From the IMG/VR virus record IMGVR_UViG_3300024251_000025, positions 1 through 35,798 of that record: a stretch of 35,798 nucleotides of DNA; one strand, 5' to 3'. The notes under the pieces are model-generated. The model did no database searches. It was not told where the DNA came from and was given only the letters and a program-made list of their open reading frames with translations. The position numbers and the translations under genes were made by a program. Of this stretch, positions 34,257 to 35,798 are shown one piece after another (within the stretch, counting starts at the first letter, position 1; each line of letters opens with the position of its first letter). The stretch comes from a virus (taxonomy: Duplodnaviria; Caudoviricetes).

Positions 34257-34460
34257 ATGGAATCAATGGAATGGAAACGCGAAGTAGTCATTTCCGTAGA
34301 CGCGGTTAAAGGAGAATCGGTCAAGATCATGGATCGGTTGCTTGCAAGCGGGCTAGGCTGTTTTGCCGTACATGATATGGATGTCGATCCTACACGCATC
34401 TACATTGTGATAGAGAAGCAACCTGATTGGAGCCTCGTCTTGCAAGCGTTGACAAAATGA
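34257..34460 (+). CDS. small early hypothetical protein
   Basis: Downstream of the promoter. The start may instead be the second ATG at 34266, behind AAAGGA. Confidence 0.55.
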   Translation: MESMEWKREVVISVDAVKGESVKIMDRLLASGLGCFAVHDMDVDPTRIYIVIEKQPDWSLVLQALTK

Positions 34461-34486
34461 TTTTCGGAATTTTCTTGATTTCTCCC

Positions 34487-34514
34487 TTGACATCATACCG
34501 ATATGGTGTATGAT
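34487..34514 (+). promoter_or_regulatory. sigma70-like early promoter
   Basis: TTGACA-16 nt-TATGAT with a T-rich upstream region. Confidence 0.65.
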
Positions 34515-34562
34515 ATGACGAGGGGATTGATTTGGTGGTTTTACTGAAAGGTAGGTTGGATC

Positions 34563-34748
34563 ATGAAGCGGACCAAACAGATTGTCCATTTCCCTGATGG
34601 AACGTCCACAACAGTTATCGTCCCACAATTCGCGTCGGTGCGGGATGCCTTAAAGCACCTACCCGAAAATCAGATTGTGGACGCAATCAATCTTGCCAAG
34701 AAGCTTGAGAAAATGAATAACGCAAGGCGCAATCGCTACCAGAAGTAG
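34563..34748 (+). CDS. small basic early hypothetical protein
   Basis: AAAGGTAGG SD, 61 aa. Confidence 0.6.
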   Translation: MKRTKQIVHFPDGTSTTVIVPQFASVRDALKHLPENQIVDAINLAKKLEKMNNARRNRYQK

Positions 34749-34840
34749 CCTGACAAGAAACGCGGGGTGCAACTCCCCGCCCAGGCTTTGTGGCAATTTC
34801 GCCACTACAACAGGGGCATTGCCCCAAAAGGTAGGTTCTC

Positions 34841-35227
34841 ATGCAAAACGTCACTTTGGAAAGTGGCAAGGTTCCGTTCCTGTCCCCCCAGGAATGCAGG
34901 ACGGCTGGAATTGCCGTCGTCCGCCATCGGACGATGATTGATGGAGAGGAAGTCTGGTCCGAGATTGGCAAGCCGGCCGACGCCGCCCAACTCCTGACAT
35001 TCTGCCGGGATGATGATGCACTCGTGGCAGAAATGGGCTTCAACGACGCCAAACTCCGGCAGAATGCAGCCGTGCGGCAACCTTGGGCAAAGGCGAAAGC
35101 GGCCCAGGCCAAACTGGAAGATGCGAAGCTCTCTGCCAAGCGGGCAAGTCTCCCCGTCGCCAAGTTCGCGGAATGGCAAGCCGCGGTCAAGGCAGGTACG
35201 GAACGGGAATTCCTCCTCGCCCTCTAG
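34841..35227 (+). CDS. early hypothetical protein
   Basis: AAAGGTAGG SD, 128 aa, with an Ala/Lys-rich helix. Confidence 0.7.
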   Translation: MQNVTLESGKVPFLSPQECRTAGIAVVRHRTMIDGEEVWSEIGKPADAAQLLTFCRDDDALVAEMGFNDAKLRQNAAVRQPWAKAKAAQAKLEDAKLSAKRASLPVAKFAEWQAAVKAGTEREFLLAL

Positions 35228-35304
35228 CTTGCTAGGGGTTAGCGTCAGGCGGGAGTCGCGTCCCGCCACCCCTTTGGTCCTCTTTTTGAAAGGTAGGATG
35301 ATTT

Positions 35305-35538
35305 ATGGACTATTGGCAAGTAATGGCTGCAGGCCGAGTCGATCTAGTGGACGCGTTATCTGATAGCTACTACTATCTTAGCCCGCGTATCCTCAACCGC
35401 GAACAGGCCCTACGCTTTTTTGACCAGATGACACCCATCCACGTCCACGTTGTTCTGATGTATGGGCGAACAGACCAGAATGTTCCCCTGCAGGTCCAAT
35501 CGGCGTATAGGGTAGGGCCAGCTAGCCATAGGGCCTAG
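35305..35538 (+). CDS. small early hypothetical protein
   Basis: AAAGGTAGG SD, 77 aa. Confidence 0.5.
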   Translation: MDYWQVMAAGRVDLVDALSDSYYYLSPRILNREQALRFFDQMTPIHVHVVLMYGRTDQNVPLQVQSAYRVGPASHRA

Positions 35539-35570
35539 AATCAATTCCTACCCCCCTCCCGTTCCATCCT

Positions 35571-35605
35571 AGGGGTTTTGGTATCTAAACCGTACCAAAA
35601 CCCCT
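35571..35605. repeat. 13-bp perfect inverted repeat
   Basis: AGGGGTTTTGGTA, 9-nt spacer, TACCAAAACCCCT. Confidence 0.75.
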
Positions 35606-35798
35606 CCCCCGTTTATCGGGCCGCAAAAGGCGTCCGTTAGGTTAACTTGGGGTAGCAAAACCCCCCTTGACCTGCCCACCGCCCCACCTATCCGGCGAGC
35701 ACGCCATGACTTACCGCAAACGACCGTCGGAACGGTGAGGTAGCTTAGTGACCCCCCCCCTCCCCTTCCCCCTCGCCCCTCCCCTTTATTAAAAAAAA

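Noticed and set aside
34449-34454. Third TTGACA as a promoter
   Set aside because: No plausible -10 hexamer at 16-18 nt spacing.
34747-34830. tRNA gene
   Set aside because: There are no D or anticodon arms and no CCA end, only a T-arm-like hairpin.
35788-35798. Terminal poly-A as a real genome end or polyadenylation
   Set aside because: It lies at the window edge after low-complexity sequence and cannot be distinguished from a contig-end artefact.

Overview
Most of a tailed dsDNA phage genome with podovirus-type virion genes (portal, adaptor, nozzle and ejection proteins; no tape-measure or sheath genes). It has three blocks. (1) A rightward replication module at 1-7691: Sak4/AAA_24-like ATPase (partial), DUF669-type SSB, ParB-DNA methyltransferase fusion, uracil-DNA glycosylase-family A DNA polymerase fusion and a DUF3987-like P-loop helicase. 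(2) A tightly coupled leftward late operon at about 33910 to 7688: TerS, TerL, a LamG/glycoside-hydrolase/Fn3 protein, six membrane or lipoprotein genes, portal, scaffold, major capsid, cement, adaptor, fibre, nozzle and ejection proteins. (3) A rightward early region at 34200-35798 with sigma70-like promoters, small ORFs and structured spacers. The most unusual content is a set of protein-modifying enzymes inside the virion operon: a GT-A glycosyltransferase after the capsid/cement genes, a GT4 glycosyltransferase after a Ser-tract, Cys-rich tail protein and a small Cys-cluster protein, a GNAT-like protein and a degenerate PurD-like ATP-grasp protein. Together they suggest a virion glycosylation/decoration system. 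I saw no integrase, tRNA gene, CRISPR array, primase or canonical endolysin. All family assignments come from motif recognition by eye, not database searches.
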